A DNA stretch of 64,000 bases, taken from an uncultured Pseudomonadota bacterium. Its GTDB lineage: Bacteria; Pseudomonadota; Alphaproteobacteria; RF32; CAG-239. The stretch lies in assembly GCA_902763535.1 (NCBI GenBank), contig CACWSG010000009.1, positions 8,533 to 72,532 on the forward strand, given 5' to 3'. The notes under the pieces are model-generated. The model had not been told where the DNA came from. It did no database searches and saw only the letters and a program-made list of their open reading frames with translations. Positions 33,945 through 43,718 of this stretch are shown one piece after another. The position numbers were made by a program, and so were the translations under genes. How positions within the stretch are numbered: position 1 is the first letter of the stretch; the number at the start of each line of letters is the position of its first letter.

Positions 33945-34548
33945 GTGTCCGTTTTTTCGGTGTTTTCTTTTTAGTTTGTTTCTTTAGTGAAACAGTAGCT
34001 TTCTTAAGTGTCTTGCTGTTAGCCTGTTTTTTAGAGCTAACCTTAACGGGCTTGCTCTTTTCTTCAGCCTGTTCCTTTAAGTGGTCTTTGATAAGTTTGG
34101 TTATGCGCTTAGCTGATTTTTCATCCATTGCATAAAGCGGAATCGAAAACATACCAAACCGCGAAGAATCCGTGATTTTTTGCATTAAAGACTTTTTATA
34201 ATTGGGCAAAGATGTAGGGATAATTTTCAAAATAGAACGATTCACGCCCAAACATTCTACATCTTGTTCTTCCAACCGCTTTATTTGCGACCATCTTAAA
34301 GGATTGTTGTGGTCAATTTTAATTTGATTATCATCCAACACAGCCAACGGCATCGGAAAAATAAAAACAATCAATGTACTGAACAATGATATGGCGCAAG
34401 CAATTAAGGCATATAAATAAATCGGAGCATAGTCAGGAAAAATACTCCAAGTGAACAAAGCTGCCAAAGCAAGCAATCCAAAGTTGAGCAACAGGTATAA
34501 CCCTATTTTTCTGCGAGAATAGTAAAAAGTAACGGTCGATTTTGTCAT
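33934..34548 (-). CDS. Hypothetical membrane protein (2 TM, Lys-rich tail)
   Basis: SD GGAGGGG before ATG 34548. Confidence 0.75.
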   Translation of the reverse strand: MTKSTVTFYYSRRKIGLYLLLNFGLLALAALFTWSIFPDYAPIYLYALIACAISLFSTLIVFIFPMPLAVLDDNQIKIDHNNPLRWSQIKRLEEQDVECLGVNRSILKIIPTSLPNYKKSLMQKITDSSRFGMFSIPLYAMDEKSAKRITKLIKDHLKEQAEEKSKPVKVSSKKQANSKTLKKATVSLKKQTKKKTPKKRTPKK

Positions 34549-34721
34549 AAGCCCCTCCATCAAAACTAATGCCAAGTCTAACAATAGTTGGTTATAAAGA
34601 CAAATTTATGAAACAAAATAATCTCAAATATATTAGTATCATATTACAAAACTTTTAATTAAAAATTAAATAGTTAAATTTATTATGAAAAAAATGATTA
34701 CAGTTAACAATGGAGGTAAAA

Positions 34722-36215
34722 GTGGGATTATTTGGCAATTTTAGCGGTTTGAAAAAAGAAAATAAAGAGCCGCATTTAGAAGAGAAGGTGGCACCTAGTG
34801 TACCTGCAAATCAAACAGATAGCCATGATAAAACAGTGGATTTAGCAACTGCAATTGAAGCACCTAAAGCTGAAATCGCTACAATGTCTCCGCAAGTTGC
34901 TTCCCTTAAGGAGAATCCTCAACCATCATCGACAGAACATGTTCAATCGTCATCAGTTACCGAGCAACAAACTCCACCGGAGCAGAAAGATGAAGTATCA
35001 ATAACAACATCAGAAACACAATCTCATCCGACAGTACCCAATCCGCAACCGTCTGTGATGCCGCAGCCAGCCTTGAATAAACAAGCATCTGCCGTGCCTC
35101 CAACATCACCGTCGCCGCAGCCTGCAATGCATAATCCTCAACAACCGACTGCTCCGCAGGTACAGCCAACACCGGTTTCTGCTGCTAAACCATCGGTTGA
35201 AAAGGTCGAAACTAAACAGCCCGACGCCAATGATGTTAAAATAGAATGTCTCACTTTGGGCAAGATAAATTCGGTTACCTTTTCTGATGTGTATATTACT
35301 CCAGATAAAAAGACTTATATATGGGGTGGTAAAACTAATGCCGGTTTGGTAGAAGTGTCTTTTGAAGATTTTGACGAGTTCCTGAAAGAAATCGAAAATG
35401 CTTATGAAGGTACAAGAAGTTATTTGTTGCAATATCAGGGACGCAACTATCGTGTTGAACGCACCATCGCCACAGGCGGTCCGCAGTTTTGCGCGCGCAA
35501 AATGCCGACTCATGTTCCCAACCTAAAAGATTTAGGTTTGCCGCAAGGAGTTTATAATCATTTGCTTTCTTTGGCCGGAGCCAGCGGCTTAATCTTGCTT
35601 GCCGGTGCCACCGGTTCAGGCAAAAGTACGACTATTGCTGCATTATTAAAAGAATATTTGAGCCAAAAAGGCGGTTATGCTTTTACTATTGAAGACCCTG
35701 TGGAACTGCCGCTTGATGGAGTTTATGTAACTCCCAACAAAGAATTGGGTTTATGTAAACAAACCGTACCGCCTGAGGGCAAGTGGGAAGAAGGTATCAA
35801 ATCAGCCTTGCGTTCCAAACCCCGTTATATTTATTTAGGTGAGATACGTTCTCCGGATATTGCTTCCGAAGCTTTACGAGCCGCTACATCCGGACACTTG
35901 GTGTTATCTTCAATTCACGCCAATAATGTCAACGAGGCGGTAAACTCATTAGTAAAGTATGCTGCTTCATCAGGCATCAGCGAGAGCATGGCCTATGAGT
36001 TGGTTGCCGGTGGTCTTTTGGGCATCGTGCACCAAATTTTAACCGGTGCTCCCAAACGCGCTCAGGTTACCACCATTTTTGCCAATCCCGATGTCAATGC
36101 TGCTTGTCAGGTCAGAGGTATGATAAGAAGCGGTAAATTGAATATGGCCACTCTGATGGAACAACAACGCATTTTGCTGCAAAACAACAAGCCTCTGTTT
36201 AGCCAAATTTTATAG
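34722..36215 (+). CDS. PilT/PilU/DotB-family secretion ATPase with P/Q/S/T-rich N-terminal extension
   Basis: Walker A GATGSGKST, Asp box TIEDPVE, Walker B YIYLGEIR, His box SGHLVLSSIHA; GTG start after SD GGAGGT. Confidence 0.88.
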   Translation: MGLFGNFSGLKKENKEPHLEEKVAPSVPANQTDSHDKTVDLATAIEAPKAEIATMSPQVASLKENPQPSSTEHVQSSSVTEQQTPPEQKDEVSITTSETQSHPTVPNPQPSVMPQPALNKQASAVPPTSPSPQPAMHNPQQPTAPQVQPTPVSAAKPSVEKVETKQPDANDVKIECLTLGKINSVTFSDVYITPDKKTYIWGGKTNAGLVEVSFEDFDEFLKEIENAYEGTRSYLLQYQGRNYRVERTIATGGPQFCARKMPTHVPNLKDLGLPQGVYNHLLSLAGASGLILLAGATGSGKSTTIAALLKEYLSQKGGYAFTIEDPVELPLDGVYVTPNKELGLCKQTVPPEGKWEEGIKSALRSKPRYIYLGEIRSPDIASEALRAATSGHLVLSSIHANNVNEAVNSLVKYAASSGISESMAYELVAGGLLGIVHQILTGAPKRAQVTTIFANPDVNAACQVRGMIRSGKLNMATLMEQQRILLQNNKPLFSQIL

Positions 36216-36223
36216 GAGTTACT

Positions 36224-37207
36224 ATGAATAACATAAGACCAAATTTGTTGCAAAAGGGTGATGAGATTAGAATCGTTGCTCCTTCAACCGGTATAAAAAT
36301 TATTGGTGCTGATTGTCGAGCAATTGCTAAAGAGCGATTTGAAGCAATGGGCTTAAAGGTCAGTTTCGGTAAAAATACCACCGACGATAATTTTGATGAA
36401 TTTAGAACATCAAGTTATGAAAAACGCGCCGAGGATATTATGGATGCTTTTAAGGATAAAAATGTAAAGGCAATTTTTACCATAATCGGCGGTTTTAATT
36501 CTAATCAGGTTTTACCGTTTTTGGATTATGGAGTAATTAAAGCTAATCCGAAGATTGTGTGTGGGTTTTCGGATATTACCGCGTTGTTGAATGGTATCAG
36601 AGCAAAAACCGGACTGATTACTTTTTATGGTCCGCATTACAGCACAATCGGCATGAAAAAAGGTAATGAATATACACTTGATAATATGCAAAAGATGTTG
36701 TTTGGGGGTAAAGATGATTTTGCTCCGTCAGCTGAATGGAGTGATGATTTGTGGTTTATCGACCAAGAGAAACGCAATTTTATCAAAAATGAAGGTTGGT
36801 GGATTTTGCAAAACGGCAATGCCCGAGGAGTTTTAGAGGGAGGCAATTTAAGCACTTTAGTTTTGTTGGGCGGTACCGATTTTGCGGTTAAGTTTGAGCA
36901 ACCGACAATATTAGCAGTGGAAAATTGCTTTATTTCCAGAGCAGATAAGGTAGAGTTTTTGCGCCAGTTGCAAGCTTTGGCACAAAGAGCTGATTTTGCT
37001 AATGTTAAAGCGCTTTTAATCGGGCGATTCCAAAAGGATTCTCAAGTTTCAAAAGCCGATTTGGAATATATTGTACACTCGATTCCCCAACTGAAAGGAT
37101 TGCCGATTATTGCCAATATGGACTTTGGTCATACTACCCCGATATCAACCCTTCCTTTGGGCGGAAATTGTGCTATTGAAAATGGCAAAATCAGTTTGGA
37201 ATGTTAG
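36224..37207 (+). CDS. Peptidase S66 (LD-carboxypeptidase/MccF family)
   Basis: GFSDIT, GGNL, DFGHT. Confidence 0.93.
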   Translation: MNNIRPNLLQKGDEIRIVAPSTGIKIIGADCRAIAKERFEAMGLKVSFGKNTTDDNFDEFRTSSYEKRAEDIMDAFKDKNVKAIFTIIGGFNSNQVLPFLDYGVIKANPKIVCGFSDITALLNGIRAKTGLITFYGPHYSTIGMKKGNEYTLDNMQKMLFGGKDDFAPSAEWSDDLWFIDQEKRNFIKNEGWWILQNGNARGVLEGGNLSTLVLLGGTDFAVKFEQPTILAVENCFISRADKVEFLRQLQALAQRADFANVKALLIGRFQKDSQVSKADLEYIVHSIPQLKGLPIIANMDFGHTTPISTLPLGGNCAIENGKISLEC

Positions 37208-37210
37208 TTG

Positions 37211-37831
37211 ATGCCGGACTTTAGTTTTGAGGACAAACATTCAGGGCTTATTGTTGGAGTCGATGAAGCGGGCAGAGGACCATGGGCCGGACCGGTTATG
37301 GCCGGAGCAGTGGTGTTTTTGAGCCGCGATGTTGATAAATTTTTGCTTGATAACTTGGACGATTCCAAAAAGTTATCAGCTAAAAAACGCGAAGCTTTAT
37401 ATGAAATATTGCTTGAAGAAAGGGCTAAAGGACATATCTTGGCCGCAACCGGTGAAGCTTCAGCTCAAGAGATTGACGAAGTAAATATTTTGCAAGCAAC
37501 ATTTTTAGCCATGAGGCGTGCCGTCAAAAATTTGGGGCAAAAAGTAGATTTTGCTATTGTTGACGGTAATCAAAAACCAAACTGTTTGGATTGTGATTGT
37601 CAAACAATTATCAAAGGGGATGCCAGATGTTATTCCATTGCTGCCGCTTCGATTATGGCCAAAGTAACGCGTGACAGACTGATGTGCAAATTAGCTGAAC
37701 AATATCCCTTTTACGGATTCGAAAAAAATGCCGGTTATGGCACTAAGGCGCATATAGAAGGATTGCAACAGCATGGTATAATCAAAGGCGTACATCGATT
37801 GAGCTATAAACCCGTAAAAGCCTTTCTATAA
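37211..37831 (+). CDS. rnhB: Ribonuclease HII
   Basis: GVDEAGRGPWAGPV, DSKKL, IAAASIMAKVTRD, GYGT. Confidence 0.97.
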   Translation: MPDFSFEDKHSGLIVGVDEAGRGPWAGPVMAGAVVFLSRDVDKFLLDNLDDSKKLSAKKREALYEILLEERAKGHILAATGEASAQEIDEVNILQATFLAMRRAVKNLGQKVDFAIVDGNQKPNCLDCDCQTIIKGDARCYSIAAASIMAKVTRDRLMCKLAEQYPFYGFEKNAGYGTKAHIEGLQQHGIIKGVHRLSYKPVKAFL

Positions 37832-38389
37832 TTCAAATTTCAATTTTGAAAAAACATTTGAATCTACAAATTGTTGCGATATATGGTCGATTCTATCTTG
37901 CCTCATAACCCCATCAAGGTGATAGCCGCAACGCATGGCAACATTAACCGAACGAGTATTGCGCGTATCATTGCCGATAACAATGCGGTTTAAGCCCCTA
38001 GCAAATCCTTCAGTTTCCAAAGCATGAACTGCCTCTTGCATATAACCTGCCCCCACGGCTGTATCGGAAAGCCAATAACCGATTTCACCAGATTTTCTCT
38101 CTTCATTAATTTTCATCAAATCAATAGAGCCGATAAATTCATTAGTATCTTTTTTGCGAATAATATAGGGAAACCCGCTCTTATTTTTCCAATTGTCAGA
38201 ACAATAAGTTACTAAAAAGCTAAATTCATCTTCCACCGTTTTTGTGGCATCAACCCAAGGCAACCAAAGCCGCAAGGTTTGTCTTGATAAATCAACTGCA
38301 GCAAACATTTCCTCCGCCAGTTTAAATGTAACCGGATAAGGGCGCTCCAAAATCAAACGGTTAGCTATAATCTTTTCAGGCATTTCCAT
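37826..38389 (-). CDS. GNAT acetyltransferase (RimJ/RimL family)
   Basis: WLPWV, EIGYWL...GAGYMQEA, NTRSVNVA. Confidence 0.9.
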   Translation of the reverse strand: MEMPEKIIANRLILERPYPVTFKLAEEMFAAVDLSRQTLRLWLPWVDATKTVEDEFSFLVTYCSDNWKNKSGFPYIIRKKDTNEFIGSIDLMKINEERKSGEIGYWLSDTAVGAGYMQEAVHALETEGFARGLNRIVIGNDTRNTRSVNVAMRCGYHLDGVMRQDRIDHISQQFVDSNVFSKLKFEL

Positions 38390-38449
38390 GATAAAATCAT
38401 CCCTGTTAGTTAGAGTCGTTATTGTAAAGTAATTATGAATTCAGTCAAT

Positions 38450-38480
38450 AAAAAAACCGCTTTCAATTAAGAAAGCGGTT
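38450..38480 (-). terminator. Intrinsic terminator downstream of carD
   Basis: aaccgctttc/gaaagcggtt stem with T tract on the minus strand. Confidence 0.8.
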
Positions 38481-38498
38481 GCAAAATTTTTTCTATAA

Positions 38499-39008
38499 CT
38501 ATTGTTTGGACAATATGTCAACAATCTTCTGCGAAGCATCAGATGCAGAAATACCTTCCGTAATCGCATATTCATTTGACAGTCTGTCAAGTGCTTGCTC
38601 ATAAATCTGGCGTTCGGAATAGGACTGATCAGCCAGATTCTCATTACGGTGCAAATCACGAATAACTTCAGCGATTGCTACCGGATTACCGGAATTGATT
38701 TTGTTTTCATATTCTTGAGCGCGGCGCGACCACATAACTTTTTTAATTTTGGCTTTGCCTTTTAAGGTATTCAAAGCATCATTCATGGTCTCGGTACTCG
38801 AAATTTTGCGCAAACCCGAACAGGCGGCTTTGGCCATCGGAATACGCAAAGTCATTTTATCTTTATCAAAATTAACTACTAACAACTCGAGTTCGCTTCC
38901 GGCAATGGTTTGTTTGGCAACATCTGCGACTTTGCCAACGCCATGCGCCGGATAAACGACATACTCACCGGTTGCATAAGGATTATGTACTGTTACTTTT
39001 TTGTTCAT
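38499..39008 (-). CDS. carD: CarD/CdnL RNA polymerase-binding factor
   Basis: VVYPAHGVG, MWSRRAQEYENKINSG, QSYSERQIYE. Confidence 0.95.
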   Translation of the reverse strand: MNKKVTVHNPYATGEYVVYPAHGVGKVADVAKQTIAGSELELLVVNFDKDKMTLRIPMAKAACSGLRKISSTETMNDALNTLKGKAKIKKVMWSRRAQEYENKINSGNPVAIAEVIRDLHRNENLADQSYSERQIYEQALDRLSNEYAITEGISASDASQKIVDILSKQ

Positions 39009-39172
39009 GTTATCCACCTTATCTTGGTTATTTTTGCAAATGCAGAAACTAACATATCACATTTTTAGGTTTAAATCTAGTCAAAAAAATACATTTTGTC
39101 GATTTTTTTTAATTTTATTTTAAATATAGAGGTGTATTATAGTTACAAAATGTGTTTTAGGCAGAGTTTATT

Positions 39173-40903
39173 ATGAGTAAAATATCGCATATAACAGCGG
39201 TCGCAATTATATTATCTTGGGCTTTTGGTGCAGGTGCATCGGTGATTCCCGAATATGCAGCCAATAGCTACAATGAACACCCCTTAAGCCGTGCTGAAAA
39301 AAAATGCATAGACGAAGGCTATTCAGTAACTTATGCTTCTTGTAATGAGCAAACAGCTCCTGCTGATCGCTGTCCGCACCATGACGATTATTATCGCAGT
39401 TGCTCTCAGGAGCAATGGTGTCGCAACAATAACTACACATTTCTGCCCGAAGACTGCAAATTGCCGACATATCCGGTAAAAAAATGCAGTAATGATTTTG
39501 AAATTTATCGTATCTGCCAAAAAGATGAACAAAAAGCCTGCAAAGATAAAGGATATTCCTCTGCGTCTGAATGTACTCTCTCAGATGAACGTTGTGAATT
39601 TGATGATAATTATGGCAAATGTTGTGATAGTTGTCCCGATTTTCCCTATGTTTTGAAGGATATTCCGGAAGGATATGTTTCTACCGGCGAAACTTGCAAG
39701 ACTTGCGAAGGTGTGATAAAAACCAAGGTTAAAGAGGCAGCTTGCGAAGATTTTGTGGATTGTCCTTATGGTCCGGCTTCCAAACAAACAGCCTATTGTT
39801 TGCAAGGAGCCAAGGTTTTGTATAATGATTGTAAAACGGCCGAAACCTTATGCAAGGAAAAAGGTTTTCTCAAAAATTCTTGCGATGCCAGCGAAGATGC
39901 TGAGGCTTGTCCCGAATTTGCAGAGCTGAATAAATGCCGTATTAATTGCTATAAATTAGCTTTAAAAGTTTTTCCCAACAGCGATATTATAAATAGTAAT
40001 GTGATTAATCCTGATTTGAGTGATGAAAAGACCGAATTGCGTTCTTTGTATGGCAATGTCTCAGCTGAATGTGTAGGTACAAGTATTCCTACTGTAATGT
40101 TAAATATCAATAAAGATAATGTCCATGTCTATAACAAGTTATTTAATCGAGACATTAAAAATATCAATTTCCTGCTTAATTTTGAAGAAGCTTTGACCTT
40201 GGAAGCCAACGGTAAGTTGGAAAATGTTCGTATAAAAGTTGAGGGAACTCCGAGCAAATGCGTTTTGCAAGGGCAAAATATCAGTATCACCGGCAAAGTT
40301 TCTCTGCAAGGAGAAGGGGATATTTGTGCCGACCTTAATATTGCTGATATGTCAAAATTTACAACATCTCAGAATATTGTGGGCAATGTAACAATAGGAA
40401 GCAATGCTCAATTAGGCGTTAAAGGTGATGTTAACGGATTTATACAAACATCTGCATACAGTGAGGTTTTGGTCAAAGGTAAAGTTAGCTATAAGAACAA
40501 ACAAAATAATTCGGCCGATGCTCAAGGTATAATATTCGGTTGCAATACTCGCGCCAAAATATCCGGCGGCATAAAGGTCGATACTGCTAATATTCTGATA
40601 CGCCAATATGCTTTGATTGATACACCTTCAATTGATATGGTATCTACCGGTACATCCGACAGCGGATCAGCCAGCATACATATGTATAAATACGCCAAGA
40701 TAACCAGCATATTGGGTGATTCCGAATATATGTTAAACGACAATACCTCAGATGTTGTCGGTGATTGTGACGATAAATTCATTATTCACAAAGCTTCCAG
40801 TATTGATAATAACGAAAGCATCATGAGCCTTAATACCGCCGATTCGCTGGATGAAAAATGGCAATGCCAAGCTTTAGGAAAATTGCAAATGCGTTGCAAT
40901 TAA
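39173..40903 (+). CDS. Exported cysteine-rich protein
   Basis: Signal peptide; 32 Cys, 25 of them in the N-terminal ~260 aa; beta-rich C-terminal half. Confidence 0.8.
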   Translation: MSKISHITAVAIILSWAFGAGASVIPEYAANSYNEHPLSRAEKKCIDEGYSVTYASCNEQTAPADRCPHHDDYYRSCSQEQWCRNNNYTFLPEDCKLPTYPVKKCSNDFEIYRICQKDEQKACKDKGYSSASECTLSDERCEFDDNYGKCCDSCPDFPYVLKDIPEGYVSTGETCKTCEGVIKTKVKEAACEDFVDCPYGPASKQTAYCLQGAKVLYNDCKTAETLCKEKGFLKNSCDASEDAEACPEFAELNKCRINCYKLALKVFPNSDIINSNVINPDLSDEKTELRSLYGNVSAECVGTSIPTVMLNINKDNVHVYNKLFNRDIKNINFLLNFEEALTLEANGKLENVRIKVEGTPSKCVLQGQNISITGKVSLQGEGDICADLNIADMSKFTTSQNIVGNVTIGSNAQLGVKGDVNGFIQTSAYSEVLVKGKVSYKNKQNNSADAQGIIFGCNTRAKISGGIKVDTANILIRQYALIDTPSIDMVSTGTSDSGSASIHMYKYAKITSILGDSEYMLNDNTSDVVGDCDDKFIIHKASSIDNNESIMSLNTADSLDEKWQCQALGKLQMRCN

Positions 40904-40918
40904 AGCTGCATTTTTCCA

Positions 40919-42037
40919 TTACTTTGGTTCAATATTAATCATTACAAATTCTGATTTGGTTCCGGTTTTGAATTTTATAGTCCAGTCCGAAATTCCTGAA
41001 GTTACGAGAAAATCTGTTAAATTGCGTTTTTCATGACCATAGATACGGTCATTGGCACCAATCCATTTGCCGACTTGGTTAAGCGGAAAAAGCTGTCCGC
41101 CATGAGTGTGTCCTGACAGTACCAAATCAACTTTTGCTTCCACTTGATTGGCATAATCGTTAGGTTGATGATCAATAACAATAAGATACTTGTCTTTATT
41201 AAGCGGCCTGACCAAGTCTGCCATTTTTAATCTTCCGCCTCGATGTTCTTTGTCGGCAGAAGCATCTTTGCGACCAATCAGATAAAAACTCTCATCAATT
41301 AATTTTACTTCATCTTCCAGCACAATTACATTGTTTTTGCGTAATTCATTGACTAAGTCTAATCCGCTGTATCCGCGATATTCTCGTCCATAATATCCTT
41401 CATCATGATTGCCGAAGACAAAATATACTCCGTATTTAGTTTGCATCTCACCCAAACGCTTGCAGGCAGCAATCATATCCTCTTTTTTGGTATCATCATC
41501 AACAAAATCACCTGCAATGATAAGGATATCAGGGTTTTGCTCTTGTATTGTCGTCATGTGTTCGGCAAAACCATCAGCTTTAAAAGTTGTTCCCATATGC
41601 GAATCGGCAAACATTGCAATTTTTATCGGTTGTTTGATTTTTGAACTGTAAAAGGTATAATCAGTTTGCCAAACATTATGATTTAAATACCATCCGCAAG
41701 CCAATGCTGCCAAACTTAGCCCGATTGCCCAAATTCCGGCATAATAATGTTTAAATTTGATCTTAAGTGCTTTAGCAATAATGGCAAAAATACCATCGCA
41801 AATCAGCCAAATAAGAGCAAAATAAAAAGCACAAACGATAGCATTAACAAAATTAAGCAATTTGGCAATGACTACAAAAATAAATAATACCAGCAAAAAA
41901 CCGCGTAATCTTTTGCGCCATGGCTTTATATCGGCGTTATTGATAAAGGAAAATATACTTATTCTGCCTCCCAAATAAATTAAAGACACAGCCGATGTCA
42001 CCAAAGTTACCAACATAATTACAAGCCACATAGTCAT
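40919..42037 (-). CDS. Membrane-anchored metallophosphoesterase (YkuE-like)
   Basis: DSH, AGDFVD, GNHD, HQP, GHTHGGQ; N-terminal TMs. Confidence 0.93.
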   Translation of the reverse strand: MTMWLVIMLVTLVTSAVSLIYLGGRISIFSFINNADIKPWRKRLRGFLLVLFIFVVIAKLLNFVNAIVCAFYFALIWLICDGIFAIIAKALKIKFKHYYAGIWAIGLSLAALACGWYLNHNVWQTDYTFYSSKIKQPIKIAMFADSHMGTTFKADGFAEHMTTIQEQNPDILIIAGDFVDDDTKKEDMIAACKRLGEMQTKYGVYFVFGNHDEGYYGREYRGYSGLDLVNELRKNNVIVLEDEVKLIDESFYLIGRKDASADKEHRGGRLKMADLVRPLNKDKYLIVIDHQPNDYANQVEAKVDLVLSGHTHGGQLFPLNQVGKWIGANDRIYGHEKRNLTDFLVTSGISDWTIKFKTGTKSEFVMINIEPK

Positions 42038-42079
42038 TTTTCGTCCTTTTAATATTATCTGATATTATTACTTGCTTTA

Positions 42080-42110
42080 ATTCTATTCTTTAGAGTGCAC
42101 TATAAGTCAA
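42080..42110 (-). promoter_or_regulatory. MerR-type promoter/operator
   Basis: TTGACT-19 bp-TAGAAT with dyad TTATAGTGCACTCTAA starting at the -35 box. Confidence 0.7.
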
Positions 42111-42111
42111 C

Positions 42112-42145
42112 AAAAAAAGTCTTGATTTGTAAAAACCAAGACTTT
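42112..42145 (-). terminator. Terminator after tRNA-Leu
   Basis: aaagtcttg/caagacttt stem with T tract on the minus strand. Confidence 0.7.
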
Positions 42146-42150
42146 CCAAG

Positions 42151-42236
42151 TGGTAGGGGTAGTCAGACTCGAACTGACACGGGCTGAGCCCACAAGATTT
42201 TGAGTCTAGCGCGTCTACCAATTCCGCCATACCCCC
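42151..42236 (-). tRNA. tRNA-Leu(CAA)
   Basis: GGGGGTA/TACCCCT acceptor stem, anticodon loop CTCAAAA, long variable arm, GTTCGAGTC T loop, encoded CCA. Confidence 0.95.
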
Positions 42237-42296
42237 ATAAACTGAACAGATGAATAACCTATTTATTTTTAATAGTCAACTGTTTTTTTATTTTTT

Positions 42297-42659
42297 TTAT
42301 GCTTTACCGGAAAGACCGTTAGCTATTTGCATATTAATTGTTATCAGTATCTCAAGTTTTTCAGGTGACGGATGCAGCAAAACCTCATTTGTTCGCTTAA
42401 AAATATAATTAGCCAAATTCAGGATATTTTGCCTGACTTCAATCGCGTGTTGACATCCTTCATCTTTCATTGCCGCAGCAATAAAAGTCCACAATCTGCG
42501 ATTTTTTTCCAAGGCAGACGATAATTCTTTATGTTGTTCTTCCCAATTTTCTTTGATTTGGTTTAGAGCAGATGATGACTTGATTAAAGCCCTTATCTCC
42601 ATGCTCAACTCATCCATGCCGGCTGTTTCATTTTGTGCATAACTACCCAAATTATTCAT
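42297..42659 (-). CDS. flaF: Flagellar biosynthesis regulator FlaF-like protein
   Basis: ALEKNRRLWT...EVRQNILNLA...LITINMQIANGL pattern. Confidence 0.8.
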   Translation of the reverse strand: MNNLGSYAQNETAGMDELSMEIRALIKSSSALNQIKENWEEQHKELSSALEKNRRLWTFIAAAMKDEGCQHAIEVRQNILNLANYIFKRTNEVLLHPSPEKLEILITINMQIANGLSGKA

Positions 42660-42759
42660 GGTATAAATTATTCCTTAAAATAAAATATTTATTAACACAG
42701 TTATCATATCATAAAATAAATACCATTTCAATATACCAATTTACGAGGGTAAGACAACC

Positions 42760-43659
42760 ATGAAAAATCTCATGCTAACAATTTTTATTTTTTTTGCAGC
42801 TATAACAGTCAGTTACAAAGCTGAGAGTGCATCAACATTACGCAATTCGTTTTCGCCCATTATCATGAGCGGATATAATAATTATGCTCCATGGGGCTAT
42901 CTTGATAAGAAAGGTAATTATCAAACCATTTTTCAACCGATTTTAGACAATATTCGGCGAGAGTTTAAGAATGTCGCTGATGATAAGACATACGATATAA
43001 AAGATGTTGAAAATATCGTAAGAGATATTCGCACCGGAGAGGTTGATCTTTTTATAGGCGGATACAACCAGACCAAAGAATTTGAAAATTTACATCTGCT
43101 TTTTCCGGCGGTGGTGCAAAATCCCATAACTTTTTTTGTTTTACCATCCAAAATTTCATCAATTAAAAGTATAGAGGATATATCGCAGCTCAAAGGTGCG
43201 CGTTTTTCCAACGAAATTTTCAGTGACTTTATTGAAAACAAACTTTTAGATTTTAATTTGGAAAAAGTCGATTCCAGCTACGAAATGTTTGAAAAATTGT
43301 TTACCAAAAAAATTGACTATATAATATCCAGTTACTATTTTTGCATGATCGAAGCTATAAAATTAGGCGTAAACCGTCAAATATCATCATCTAAACAGGC
43401 TTTGTGGAATATACCGGTTTTTGTCGGTATAAGCCAAATTTCGCCGCATCGCGACAAATTAGCTCGTCATATTTCGCGTTTTTTCCAAGATGATAATTTT
43501 ATTTCAACAATTAAAGAAAATTTACGCAAGGCAATGGAACAATTTGAAACCGAATATGCCGGTGTTGTTCCTCCGGCTTTTGAACAGGAAACGACCCCCA
43601 AAGAGCCGACAGCATCAAAAGCAGTTGACGCAAAAAATAATAACGAAATGTCAAATTGA
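42760..43659 (+). CDS. Periplasmic substrate-binding protein (family 3-like)
   Basis: Signal peptide, NYAPW, IRTGEVDL, IKSIEDI, KIDYII; no permease adjacent. Confidence 0.75.
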   Translation: MKNLMLTIFIFFAAITVSYKAESASTLRNSFSPIIMSGYNNYAPWGYLDKKGNYQTIFQPILDNIRREFKNVADDKTYDIKDVENIVRDIRTGEVDLFIGGYNQTKEFENLHLLFPAVVQNPITFFVLPSKISSIKSIEDISQLKGARFSNEIFSDFIENKLLDFNLEKVDSSYEMFEKLFTKKIDYIISSYYFCMIEAIKLGVNRQISSSKQALWNIPVFVGISQISPHRDKLARHISRFFQDDNFISTIKENLRKAMEQFETEYAGVVPPAFEQETTPKEPTASKAVDAKNNNEMSN

Positions 43660-43718
43660 GAACAATCATAATAACTTGCTTGACGACAGCATAAAGAGAA
43701 TATATATTTCTTTATGCT

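Noticed and set aside
34655-34669. CtrA box TTAA-N7-TTAA upstream of the PilT-like gene
   Set aside because: Expected by chance in this nearly pure A/T stretch; no independent support.
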